Assembly: GCA_016839745.1 (NCBI GenBank)
Contig: JAEOTS010000110.1
Location: 1-64,000, forward strand
DNA length: 64,000 nt
Direction of reading: 5' to 3'
Origin: Promethearchaeota archaeon
GTDB lineage: Archaea; Asgardarchaeota; Lokiarchaeia; Sigyniarchaeales; SOKP01
The notes under the pieces are model-generated. The model saw only the letters and a program-made list of their open reading frames with translations. It did not search any database and had not been told where the DNA came from. This document shows, one piece after another, positions 36,714 to 46,424 of the stretch; within the stretch, counting starts at the first letter, position 1; each line of letters opens with the position of its first letter. Position numbers and translations under genes: made by a program.

Positions 36714-39642
36714 TATTTGATAATTTCTCTTTTATTAATATCAGCTTTTTCATTGCTTCAATTGGTGTTAGCGAATTAATTTCAATTTCATCAATAATTT
36801 CAATTAATTCTTTGAAGTACTCCTCATTTGCTGTTTCTTTTACGATTGTTGGCTTAAAAAAAGTAGTCTGTACGTATTTTTTTTCTTTTCTGTTGTTTAA
36901 ATTTGATATTTTATTTACTTCTGATTGTGTTCTGAAATTTGCCAAAGTCTCTTTTTTTTTCTCAACTTCAGAGGATCTAATAGATATTTCTTTTTTTATC
37001 CTATATAGATCATCTTCATATTTATTTAATTCTTTTTTTTTCATTTCTACATTTGAATTTACACGATCAAGTACAGTCATTTTCTCCTGGATAATTTTGT
37101 CATGGTATTTCCCCTGAGTAATTCCATTACCATTTTCTTTTACTGTGGCTTTAAAAGGATCTTTCTCTTCAATTTGATCGAGTATCTCAAATGCTCTTAT
37201 GATAACATCGTCTGGAATCCCTGCTAATTTTGCAACATGAATTCCATAAGATTTGTCAGTGCTTCCAGGTTGTAGTTTGCGAATGAAATTTATGCTACCG
37301 TCGTCATTTTCAATAATGTCAAGATGATAATTTTTTATTCGTGGTAAATCTATTTCAGTTAATTGGTGATAGTGAGTACTAAATAGCGTTTTTGCTTTTA
37401 ATTCATGTAATTTTTCAAGAGTCGCCAAGGCAATACTTTGACCATCACTCGTACTCGTCCCTCTTCCAAGTTCATCTATAATTACAAGGCTTTTCTTTGT
37501 GACAAAATTCAATATTTTTGCGGTTTCGGTCATTTCAATCATAAAAGTGCTTAACTTTCTTGCTAAATCGTCAGATGCGCCAATGCGTGTGAAAATGTGG
37601 TCAATTATACCGAGATTTGCTGATTTTGCCGGTACGAAACAACCCATTTGAGCTATAATACAAATTAATGCAACTTGTCGGAGATACGTACTTTTACCAG
37701 CCATATTTGGACCTGTAATTATTAAGATTTGCTCTTTATTCGTACCCAAATAACAATCGTTAGGGATAAACCTTTCAGAAATATTAATCTGTTCTATAAC
37801 AGGATGTCGTCCTTCCTTGATTATAATTGTATCTCCATTATTCATCTTAGGGCGACAATAGTTGTATTTCTCTGCTATTTCAGCAAAACAGGCTAACACA
37901 TCAATATAAGCGATATTTCTAGCAGTTTCTAAGACGAATAAAGTTTTATCTACAACCTTTTCTCGAATAGTACTAAAGACTTCGTATTCCATTTCATTTA
38001 TTTGTTCTTCAGCATGAATTATTTTTTCTTCAAGTTTTTTTAGTTCGCTGGTAGTATATCTTTTTGCATTTTTCAATGTTTGGCGTTCTATGTATTCATC
38101 TGGTACTTTAGGGATCTCTTTTAATGTTCTTAGAGTAATTTGGATGTAGTAACCAAGTATATTATTATGTCCCACTTTGAAACCGGAATTTAATTTCCAT
38201 CTCTTCTTTTGTTCTTTCTCATAATCAAGAATGTAACTTTTGCCATTCTGAAGTATGTCCCTTAAATCATCGATCTTCTCATTAAAACCCGATTTAATTA
38301 AATTACCCTCTTTAATTGTGGTTGGAGGATTTTCTTTGATTGAAACCTCAATTATACTTTGAATGTCTGTAAAATCTTCAATTTTTTTATTAAAATCTGA
38401 GATTTCTGGAATTTTAGTTTCTTCTAATATATTTTTAATTTTCGGTATCCTTTCTAAAGCTTGCTTTATGTTAATCAAATCACGAGCGTTACTGTTCCTA
38501 GAGTAATTGATTCGGTTGATATATCTTTCAAGGTCACCTATAACCTTTAATTCTTCCCTTAACTCCGATCTTAAGAAAACATCATCTTTAAACTTATGAA
38601 CTATATTAATTCTTTGGTTTATTTCATTTAGATCTGTTAACGGCTGTAGAATGATTTTTTTTAATAATCGAGCTCCCATTGGTGTGTGAGTCTGATTAAA
38701 TATTGAGTACAAAGTTGTATCCTTCCCTTTTTCCCAAAGAGAGTTAACTAATTCCAAATTCCTCTGTGTGATATAATCTATATGTAAAACGCTCTCTTCT
38801 CGAATAAATCGTATCTTGAAAATGTTAGGAATCACATCTCTCTGGGTTTCTTTTAAAAATGCTAATAATCCTCCTGAAGCTTGAACTGCCATTTCACTAT
38901 TTTCTAAACCGAAGCTATTCAAATTAGAAATTTCGAAGTGCCTTTTAATTAGATTATACGATTCATCGTAATCAAAAACTAAATCCTCATAAGTTTTAAT
39001 TAGAGCATCGTTCAAATCAGTTAACAACATAAAGAGATGGTCATCTTTTTTTAATTCAGTAGGTACGATTACTTCAACTGGATCATATTGTGAAAAGACG
39101 CTTAGTATTTTTTCTAACGGATCTTGGTCGATCTTTAAAAATTCCGTTGTAACAAATTCACCCGTTGAAAGGTCAGCGAAAGCGATGCCAAAACCCTTTC
39201 TTTCCTTAACAATTGAGCATATATAGTTATTCTCGTTAGATTTCAACATATCCAATTCTGTAATGGTTCCGGGTGAAAGTATTTTTACTACACCCCGTTT
39301 AACTATCCTTCCTTTTACAGTAGAGGGATCCTCTAATTGGTCAACGACGACAACAGTTTGACCTAAATTTACCAAGTTTTTTAGATAATTCCCTGCATGA
39401 TGAGGAATTCCAGCAAGTGGGTATGCATCGCTTCCTACTTTTCGTTTCGTTAGTGTAATTCCTAATAGTTTAGAAACTCTTACAGCATCGTCATAGAAAA
39501 ACTCATAGAAATCTCCCATTCTATAAGCAATTATATGGTTTGGGTATTTTTTTTTATGATTTTCTTTTACACTGTACCAATGTTTCATCATAGGAGTTAA
39601 ATCCTTGAATTTCCTATCCTCTATCGAATCTTTGTTAGACAT
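36703..39642 (-). CDS. mutS: DNA mismatch repair protein MutS (MutS1)
   Basis: TPMM, RMGDFYEFF, GIPHH, GRHPV, TGPNMAGKST, DELGRGT, THYH, SYGIHVA. Confidence 0.96.
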   Translation of the reverse strand: MSNKDSIEDRKFKDLTPMMKHWYSVKENHKKKYPNHIIAYRMGDFYEFFYDDAVRVSKLLGITLTKRKVGSDAYPLAGIPHHAGNYLKNLVNLGQTVVVVDQLEDPSTVKGRIVKRGVVKILSPGTITELDMLKSNENNYICSIVKERKGFGIAFADLSTGEFVTTEFLKIDQDPLEKILSVFSQYDPVEVIVPTELKKDDHLFMLLTDLNDALIKTYEDLVFDYDESYNLIKRHFEISNLNSFGLENSEMAVQASGGLLAFLKETQRDVIPNIFKIRFIREESVLHIDYITQRNLELVNSLWEKGKDTTLYSIFNQTHTPMGARLLKKIILQPLTDLNEINQRINIVHKFKDDVFLRSELREELKVIGDLERYINRINYSRNSNARDLINIKQALERIPKIKNILEETKIPEISDFNKKIEDFTDIQSIIEVSIKENPPTTIKEGNLIKSGFNEKIDDLRDILQNGKSYILDYEKEQKKRWKLNSGFKVGHNNILGYYIQITLRTLKEIPKVPDEYIERQTLKNAKRYTTSELKKLEEKIIHAEEQINEMEYEVFSTIREKVVDKTLFVLETARNIAYIDVLACFAEIAEKYNYCRPKMNNGDTIIIKEGRHPVIEQINISERFIPNDCYLGTNKEQILIITGPNMAGKSTYLRQVALICIIAQMGCFVPAKSANLGIIDHIFTRIGASDDLARKLSTFMIEMTETAKILNFVTKKSLVIIDELGRGTSTSDGQSIALATLEKLHELKAKTLFSTHYHQLTEIDLPRIKNYHLDIIENDDGSINFIRKLQPGSTDKSYGIHVAKLAGIPDDVIIRAFEILDQIEEKDPFKATVKENGNGITQGKYHDKIIQEKMTVLDRVNSNVEMKKKELNKYEDDLYRIKKEISIRSSEVEKKKETLANFRTQSEVNKISNLNNRKEKKYVQTTFFKPTIVKETANEEYFKELIEIIDEIEINSLTPIEAMKKLILIKEKLSNIKD

Positions 39643-39841
39643 TATATGAAAGGAATCAATTTTTGGAATTAAATATTACAAGACTATAAGTTTTTAAAAG
39701 AAATTTATAATATTTATTAGAAAATTAATAATATGTAGTTTTATTAAATCCAAATAAAGTAATTCTCGAGCAATTCTCTAAAAATTTTTATTTCTTATAA
39801 CATGATAAAATTTAAATTTATTAATATGAGTTTGAGATCCT

Positions 39842-40627
39842 ATGAGTAATCAAGATTTAATCATGTACGAAGTTAAAGGTCGTATAGCTACAATTACTAT
39901 AAATCGACCAGAAAAAGCACACGCTTTCAGTATCGGTATGCTCCAGATGATGCATAGTAGGTTATTAGAAGCAGATGAAGATGAATTGGTAAAATGTATT
40001 TTAATAAAGAGCACTGAGCAGCGTTTCTTTTCGGCAGGATATGACCTAAAAGAAATCCAAGGGGCTCCTGAAAAGATTTCTGAAATTACAGAATGGGGTA
40101 GAAAAGTAAATGAAACAATGCTTATGATAAAGAAACCAATTATCACACAAGTTCAAGGCATAGCCGTGGGTTTTGGAGTTTTGATGATATTAGCGTCTGA
40201 CCTAAGAATTTTTGCGGATAGACCAAAGGAAGAATTATATTTAAGACTTCCGGAGATTGCAATTTCAGCATTTCCGCAAACGGGAGCAACTCTTCTACCT
40301 TTATTAGGTTTCGGGTTAACTTATGCCAAAAATATGTTATTTACTGCCGATAAAGCGGGATTAAAAGAACTAAAAAATATAAATTTTCCAACACGCATTT
40401 TTCCTCTTGATTCCATCGATCTGGAAACAAGAAAATTCCTAAAAATTTTAACTAAACACCAAACTGAATTCTTATTCTTCATAAAATCCATGTTAACAAT
40501 TATGAACAAAGCTTACATTAAATCCTGCTTCGACTTAGAAGATGAGTGCGGAAAAGTAGCTTTTGCAAAAAAATCTATGAGAGAATTAGACGATTTTATA
40601 AAGGATTTGCATGAAAAATTTCCATAA
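39842..40627 (+). CDS. Enoyl-CoA hydratase/isomerase (crotonase) family protein
   Basis: ITINRPEKAHA, FSAGYDL, KKPII, LPE. Confidence 0.85.
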   Translation: MSNQDLIMYEVKGRIATITINRPEKAHAFSIGMLQMMHSRLLEADEDELVKCILIKSTEQRFFSAGYDLKEIQGAPEKISEITEWGRKVNETMLMIKKPIITQVQGIAVGFGVLMILASDLRIFADRPKEELYLRLPEIAISAFPQTGATLLPLLGFGLTYAKNMLFTADKAGLKELKNINFPTRIFPLDSIDLETRKFLKILTKHQTEFLFFIKSMLTIMNKAYIKSCFDLEDECGKVAFAKKSMRELDDFIKDLHEKFP

Positions 40628-40649
40628 TTGACTGAACTATTTAAAAGAA

Positions 40650-41522
40650 TTAACTTTTTTGATGTTTTTCTAGCCATACAAACATATCTTGAAAAACTTG
40701 TGCTCTACTTTTTTCATTCCATAATTCATGAAGAAGCCCATCGTATTCCCTGTATGTCTTATCTTTAGTTTTAATATTTTCAAAGAATTCTTTATTCGCT
40801 TCCTTATCCACTATTTTATCGTTTCCCGCTTGTAAAACCAATGTTGGACATAATAAGTTAGCAGCGTTTTCCATAGTCCATTTCATCGAACTTTCCATTT
40901 CAGCAGCGGATCTCAAAGAAATCTTTTCGATTTTTTTAGTATCAGAAATATGTTTACGAAGAATTTTGATGTCACTTGTTAACAGGTTTTGTTCTATCAT
41001 CATATCTATAGTTTTATTGGGAGAAATTTTAGAAATTGGTCCTGTAATTTTCTTACCCAATCTTTTACTTAAAGATAATTTTTTAGAAAATCTCAGTAAC
41101 GGAGAGGATGCTATAACGCCAAGTAAACCTGGATGATTAATTGCAAAAATTAAAGATACTAAACCGCCAAACGATTGACCCATTAAAAATATCCTCTTCT
41201 CCTTAGCAGTTTTTTTTATTAAATCTATAAATAGAACTATATCTTTCTGAATATGATCCATGCTATCAATGTGCCCAGGATTGTTACCTGCATTTCTCCA
41301 ATGACCTCTGATATCAAATGCGTAAATAGCGTATCCGTTTTCTGTGAAATATTCCGCAGGGACTTCCATTCTGTCGGAATGAGCCCCCCAACTATGCAGA
41401 GCTATTATATATGCTTTAATATTTCCAGAATCAGGTAACCAGTATTGATAAAACAACCTTTTAGTCTCTCTACCTTCAAAATAACTTTTTTCGTTAATCA
41501 TTATACATAGCTCATTGAACAA
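40650..41522 (-). CDS. Alpha/beta hydrolase, monoacylglycerol lipase/lysophospholipase type
   Basis: D.RGH, GQSFGG nucleophile elbow, D.IV, HELWNE. Confidence 0.88.
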   Translation of the reverse strand: MFNELCIMINEKSYFEGRETKRLFYQYWLPDSGNIKAYIIALHSWGAHSDRMEVPAEYFTENGYAIYAFDIRGHWRNAGNNPGHIDSMDHIQKDIVLFIDLIKKTAKEKRIFLMGQSFGGLVSLIFAINHPGLLGVIASSPLLRFSKKLSLSKRLGKKITGPISKISPNKTIDMMIEQNLLTSDIKILRKHISDTKKIEKISLRSAAEMESSMKWTMENAANLLCPTLVLQAGNDKIVDKEANKEFFENIKTKDKTYREYDGLLHELWNEKSRAQVFQDMFVWLEKHQKS

Positions 41523-41703
41523 TTTTCAATTGAATACTCTTATTTATGAAGTATACTCTTTATACTTTTCATCACATTGGAAGCTATTTAATGAAGTATT
41601 AAGTGTTAAAACCAAAAATAACAAAAGTTTTTAATTTTTTAATGAACTCTTTAAAAATAAGGTTTCTTCCAAACCTAATTGTTAAATTAAGGTGATCTTT
41701 ACT

Positions 41704-42291
41704 ATGAGCGAATTGGATTTGATTAAAATAGTTTTACTTGGTAGAGGGGGTATGGGCATAGTAACAGCTTGTGAAATAATAGCAGAAGCAGCATATTTAA
41801 GTGGTAACTTTATTGATGTCCAAGCATATCCCTCCTTTGGTGCAGAAAGAAGAGGTGCCCCTGTCCAGGCGTATGTAAAATTATCTAGAGCGGAAAAAAT
41901 ATATGATCGTTCTCAAATTGAAAACCCGAATATCTTAATCGTTTTTGATGATAGCGTTTTAGAAAAAGACATCACTCAATCATTAGAAAAAAATGGAGTG
42001 TTTATTGTAAATTCAGATAAAAACCCAGAACATTTTGTTGCTGAATATAATCTTAATGATTCTATTAAAGTAGTTGTTGCAGATATCAGTAATTTAGCTC
42101 TCGAAAAAAATTTAACTATAGATGGAAATCCTGTAATTAATACTCCAATTTTAGGTCTTCTTTCAAAGGCATTACCCGATCTGAATTTAGAGAATTTAAA
42201 AGATGTTTTATTCAATAAAATGGGAGAAAAGTTAGGAAACATTAACTACGATTTAATCGAGAAAGGTTATAATCTGGCTAAATTACTATAA
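41704..42291 (+). CDS. porC: Pyruvate/2-oxoacid:ferredoxin oxidoreductase gamma subunit (start ATG 41704)
   Basis: GRGGMG, PSFGAERRGAP, INT.ILG; AGGTGAT SD upstream of ATG 41704. Confidence 0.88.
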   Translation: MSELDLIKIVLLGRGGMGIVTACEIIAEAAYLSGNFIDVQAYPSFGAERRGAPVQAYVKLSRAEKIYDRSQIENPNILIVFDDSVLEKDITQSLEKNGVFIVNSDKNPEHFVAEYNLNDSIKVVVADISNLALEKNLTIDGNPVINTPILGLLSKALPDLNLENLKDVLFNKMGEKLGNINYDLIEKGYNLAKLL

Positions 42292-42314
42292 CCTTGAGTT
42301 TTTCATCTTAGGTA

Positions 42315-44567
42315 TCAAGAAATTGGCAACTTAACTATAAATATGCTTCCTTTATTTCTGCCTGCGGATTCAGCTCTAATTTCCCCTTTGTGTGAATCCA
42401 CTATTTCTTTAGAGATGTATAGTCCTAATCCCGTTCCCTGGATATCGATATATTCATAACCTTCACCATACCGTTCTAATTTGCCAAATCTTGTAAATAA
42501 CATATCCATCTCCTCTTGAGAGATACCTATTCCCGTATCTTTTATAGAAAATTCTGCCATATTTTCTTTTTTCTCTAAGTTTACCTCTATATCCCCATTC
42601 GGAGGTGTATTTTTAATGGCATTTGAGAGTAAATTCATTATTACTTGCTCGATCCTTACTTTATCCAATTCAATAAGAAAAGATTTTGGAAGTACCAGAT
42701 TCAAATTAATATTTCTTTCTTTTATTGAATACATTAGTTCATTAGAAATTTCTCGTATTATTTCGCTCAAATCATTTTTTTCTTTTACAAGTTTGAACTT
42801 TTCATATTCAATTCGAGAAATATCAATTAAATTATCAACTAAATGTTTTAATCTTCTACCTCCTTTCTCAATAAGTTCTATTATTTCGAGTTCTTCTTTT
42901 TTCAATTTATCACCATAAACTGTCATAAGTAGCTCACAACCTCCACTAACGGAAACGAGAGGTGTTTTCAATTCATGTGAAACCCTAGAAATCAAATTTT
43001 TTCGCAGCTTGTCAAGTTCTTTCAATTTTTTGACTTCTTCGGTTATTAAAAACTCAGCTTCTTTTTTCGTTGTTATATCTGTAAATAACGCTTGAACGAA
43101 TGTTTCATCGTTGATTTTCATCAATGCTGCTTGTAAATTTGTCCAAATTATTGTTCCATCCTTATTTTGTATTTGGACATCTATTCTATGGATTCTTTCT
43201 CCTTTTATAAACTTTTTAAAAACTTCTAGAATTGTAGATAAATGGTCTGGATGAATAACTGAAAGATCCATGAACTTACGACCAAGTATTTCTTCTGGGG
43301 TATAACCAAACATTATTTCTGCTTTCGGGTTCATATCTACAACCACTCCTTGAGTATCGGTTAGTACTACCGAGAATGGTGTGTTATCATAAAGATTACG
43401 ATATTTTCTCTCTGATTCTCTTAATTTTTCTTCTAAATTATATCTTTCTGTGATATCGATAAAAGTTCCTTCAATTCCATGCGGATTTCCTTGTTTATCT
43501 AGCATTAAATGTGAGTTTAATTGAACAACAACTTTCTTGCCATTTTTAGTCAAAGATGGACATATGTAATTCGTAGCATAATTATCTCGTAAAATCTGCT
43601 CTAAATACTGCTCTCGATCTTCGGGAAATTGCCAAAAATCTGTTACTTTTTTACCTACTAAACTTTCTGAAAGGTCGTAATCTAAAATCTTATTATGAGC
43701 GGGATTATGGTTTAACATTGTTCCATCTAAAGTCACTTGATAAAAACCAACATCAAGGTTATTAATCATATTGCGGTATTTAAGCTCGGATTCTTTTAAC
43801 TGCTCTTCTGCTTTCTTTCTCTCCGTAATGTCTTCGGTACGTACTACTATCAAATCGGGATGCACATAACCGTAATTTACAAGAAGATATTTTTCCTCAT
43901 TAGTATATTGAAATCTATAATTAACTTCTCGCTTAATATGAGTTTTATCATTCAAACATAGGTTCAAATCATTTAAAATATCTTTCCGATCCTTGTACAT
44001 CTCAGAAGCTTTATTTCCTAAAAAATTTTCTACGCTTCCTTGTGTAATCTTTGCCGCGGCGTTGTTATAATCGATTAAAACAAAGTGTCCATCCACATTT
44101 TGCCAAATATAAGCAGGTATCGATCCCTCTTTGAACAAAGCCTTGAACATGTCTGCTGATTCTTTTAATTTTTCTTCTGCTTTTTTACGATCCGTTATAT
44201 TCTTAGCTACTCCCAATACCCCATATATCTCTCCTTTTTCCTTAAGCGGAATTCCATAAGTTTGTATGTAGATGTGCTCACCCATTTTTGTTTTTAGTTT
44301 ATACTCGCTCTGGGCAGATTGTTTCCCTGTTTTTCTTATTTCCTTCGTCACTTTATACGCTTTAATCAAATTATCTCTATCTAGTAAATCAATAAAAGAG
44401 ATATTAGGGATATCTTTTCTTTCTATACCAAGAGTAATTAATGTTAAATCACTAGCATCAAGGAAATTTCCATTCATATCATTCACATAAATTAAATCTA
44501 ACGAGTGTTCAAATAGTTCTTTGTATTTTTCTCTAACTTTTTCCTTATTATACTCTATCTCTATCAC
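42315..44567 (-). CDS. Multi-PAS sensor histidine kinase (cytoplasmic)
   Basis: Four PAS/PAC repeats (DITERK..E..L.ESE); SHELKTPL H-box; NLLSNAIK, DTGIG, GTGLGL. Confidence 0.93.
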   Translation of the reverse strand: MIEIEYNKEKVREKYKELFEHSLDLIYVNDMNGNFLDASDLTLITLGIERKDIPNISFIDLLDRDNLIKAYKVTKEIRKTGKQSAQSEYKLKTKMGEHIYIQTYGIPLKEKGEIYGVLGVAKNITDRKKAEEKLKESADMFKALFKEGSIPAYIWQNVDGHFVLIDYNNAAAKITQGSVENFLGNKASEMYKDRKDILNDLNLCLNDKTHIKREVNYRFQYTNEEKYLLVNYGYVHPDLIVVRTEDITERKKAEEQLKESELKYRNMINNLDVGFYQVTLDGTMLNHNPAHNKILDYDLSESLVGKKVTDFWQFPEDREQYLEQILRDNYATNYICPSLTKNGKKVVVQLNSHLMLDKQGNPHGIEGTFIDITERYNLEEKLRESERKYRNLYDNTPFSVVLTDTQGVVVDMNPKAEIMFGYTPEEILGRKFMDLSVIHPDHLSTILEVFKKFIKGERIHRIDVQIQNKDGTIIWTNLQAALMKINDETFVQALFTDITTKKEAEFLITEEVKKLKELDKLRKNLISRVSHELKTPLVSVSGGCELLMTVYGDKLKKEELEIIELIEKGGRRLKHLVDNLIDISRIEYEKFKLVKEKNDLSEIIREISNELMYSIKERNINLNLVLPKSFLIELDKVRIEQVIMNLLSNAIKNTPPNGDIEVNLEKKENMAEFSIKDTGIGISQEEMDMLFTRFGKLERYGEGYEYIDIQGTGLGLYISKEIVDSHKGEIRAESAGRNKGSIFIVKLPIS

Positions 44568-44832
44568 CTAAAGATGTGATATTTATTAAAAACTGATGTT
44601 TTTCTAAAAAGATAATGAAAGTGTTGGATATAAATTTCTTTCGATTTCCAAATGCCAAAACCCAATTTCTTCTTTTGGGGAATTATATCTTCAGTTTTTT
44701 TCTAGTTTAAAACGAAAATGATATTTTATATATTTCTTGATGTAGATCCCTATTTCAATTAATAGGAAGAGTTTTATTACAATAGATACTAGTTCTTATA
44801 TTGGTTATTATTCATTAAATTGTGAGATATCT

Positions 44833-45132
44833 ATGGTTAATGCTAAAAAAGATTATCAAAAAATCCTCGGATCAGTGCAAAAACCTGTTAAGGGTGAAGC
44901 TGGAAAAACAGGAACATGGAGTCCTAAGAAACCTATAATAGATTTAGAAAAATGCATTCCCGTAAAATCTGGAAAACCAAGTTGTTTTAATTGTTGGTTA
45001 TATTGCCCAGAAGCAGTAGTAACAAGGACAATACCTCCAGAAATAGATTTAGAATATTGTAAGGGATGCGGAATCTGCCAGGAAGAGTGTCCCGTGAAAG
45101 CAATTTCAATGGAAGAGGTGAAGATTGAGTGA
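44833..45132 (+). CDS. porD: 2-oxoacid:ferredoxin oxidoreductase delta subunit
   Basis: KTGTW, CFNCWLYCPE, YCKGCGICQEECP. Confidence 0.9.
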   Translation: MVNAKKDYQKILGSVQKPVKGEAGKTGTWSPKKPIIDLEKCIPVKSGKPSCFNCWLYCPEAVVTRTIPPEIDLEYCKGCGICQEECPVKAISMEEVKIE

Positions 45133-46424
45133 CAGTTACAGAAAAGAAACCGGAAATTAGTGATAAAAAAACAAAAATTTTAACTGGAAATCACGCGGCA
45201 GCGCATGCTCTCAGACAAGCAAGAGTTGGGGTTATAGCTGCTTATCCGATAACTCCACAGAGTCCTGTTGTTGAGAAAATCGCAGAGTTTGTGTCTAAAG
45301 GTGAATTAAAAGCCCGATTTGTGAAAGTAGAATCAGAGCATTCCGCACTTGCCGTATGTTGTGCAGCTTCCGCTACGGGTTCTAGAGTTGGTACAGCAAC
45401 TTCCTCCCATGGTCTAATGTTGATGTATGAAATGCTGCCATGGGCTTCTGGAAATAGATTGCCGATAATAATCAACTTAGCAACCAGAGCTACTGGTGCT
45501 CCTTGGTCAGTTTGGACAGATCATCAGGACTTTATAACAATACGCGATGTTGGCTGGATTCAGATGTTTTGCATGGATAATCAAGAGATTTACGATACCA
45601 ACCTACAAGCATTCAAAATAGCAGAAGATTCAAGGGTTTTTCTTCCAGCTATAGTTGCTTATGATGGTTACATCTTATCTCATACGATGATGCCAGTTTC
45701 TATAGAAAATCAAGATGACATTGATAGTTTTTTACCTCCATTAGAACATCATTACAATCTTTCTGATGTTTCTGTCGTAAAAGGGATTGATCCAGTGACT
45801 ACTCCCCATTTAAGAGATAGAGGGTCTGAAGGTACCGCTCCAGGATATTTTGAATACCGATACGCAATGCAAAAAGCTCTTGAAAATTCAATTGATATCA
45901 TAATGGAAGTTCACGATGAATTTTCAGAAAAATTTGGACGATCTTATGGAAATGGTATTTATAAAACGTACTTAACCGAAGACGCTGACATATTAATATT
46001 TGCAATGGGATCCGTCGCTTCTCAAGCGCGGAATGTTATCGGTCAGCTTCGGAAAGAAGGATTAAAGGTTGGTTTAGTGAGTCTGAAGTTATTTAGACCT
46101 TTCCCCGCTTCACAGTTACGAGAATTGTTTAAAGATGCAAAACTCGTGGTAGTATTTGATAGAGATATTGGATATGGTTATGAAGGGGTCTTATCGTACG
46201 AATTAAAAGCAGCTTTATACGGTTTAAAACAAGCTCCGTTTATTAAAGGTTTTATTGTAGGATTAGGCGGTAGAGATGTAACCGATCAGCATATAACCAA
46301 AGGAGTGACCAGAGCAATAAAAGAATCAGAAAAAGGAATTATATCTCATGAAACAGATTTTATTGGTTTAAAATTAGATGATTTAGGTGATTATGACGAG
46401 AAAGATTATTTTAAGGGAGGATGA
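45129..46424 (+). CDS. porA: 2-oxoacid:ferredoxin oxidoreductase alpha subunit
   Basis: AYPITPQS, VESEHSA, TATSS.GL, FRPFP, GLGGRD. Confidence 0.92.
   Translation: MTVTEKKPEISDKKTKILTGNHAAAHALRQARVGVIAAYPITPQSPVVEKIAEFVSKGELKARFVKVESEHSALAVCCAASATGSRVGTATSSHGLMLMYEMLPWASGNRLPIIINLATRATGAPWSVWTDHQDFITIRDVGWIQMFCMDNQEIYDTNLQAFKIAEDSRVFLPAIVAYDGYILSHTMMPVSIENQDDIDSFLPPLEHHYNLSDVSVVKGIDPVTTPHLRDRGSEGTAPGYFEYRYAMQKALENSIDIIMEVHDEFSEKFGRSYGNGIYKTYLTEDADILIFAMGSVASQARNVIGQLRKEGLKVGLVSLKLFRPFPASQLRELFKDAKLVVVFDRDIGYGYEGVLSYELKAALYGLKQAPFIKGFIVGLGGRDVTDQHITKGVTRAIKESEKGIISHETDFIGLKLDDLGDYDEKDYFKGG

Noticed and set aside
43000-44300. Recurring nucleotide similarity within the kinase gene
   Set aside because: Explained by tandem PAS/PAC domains (DITE/DRKKAEE.LKES), not a DNA repeat element
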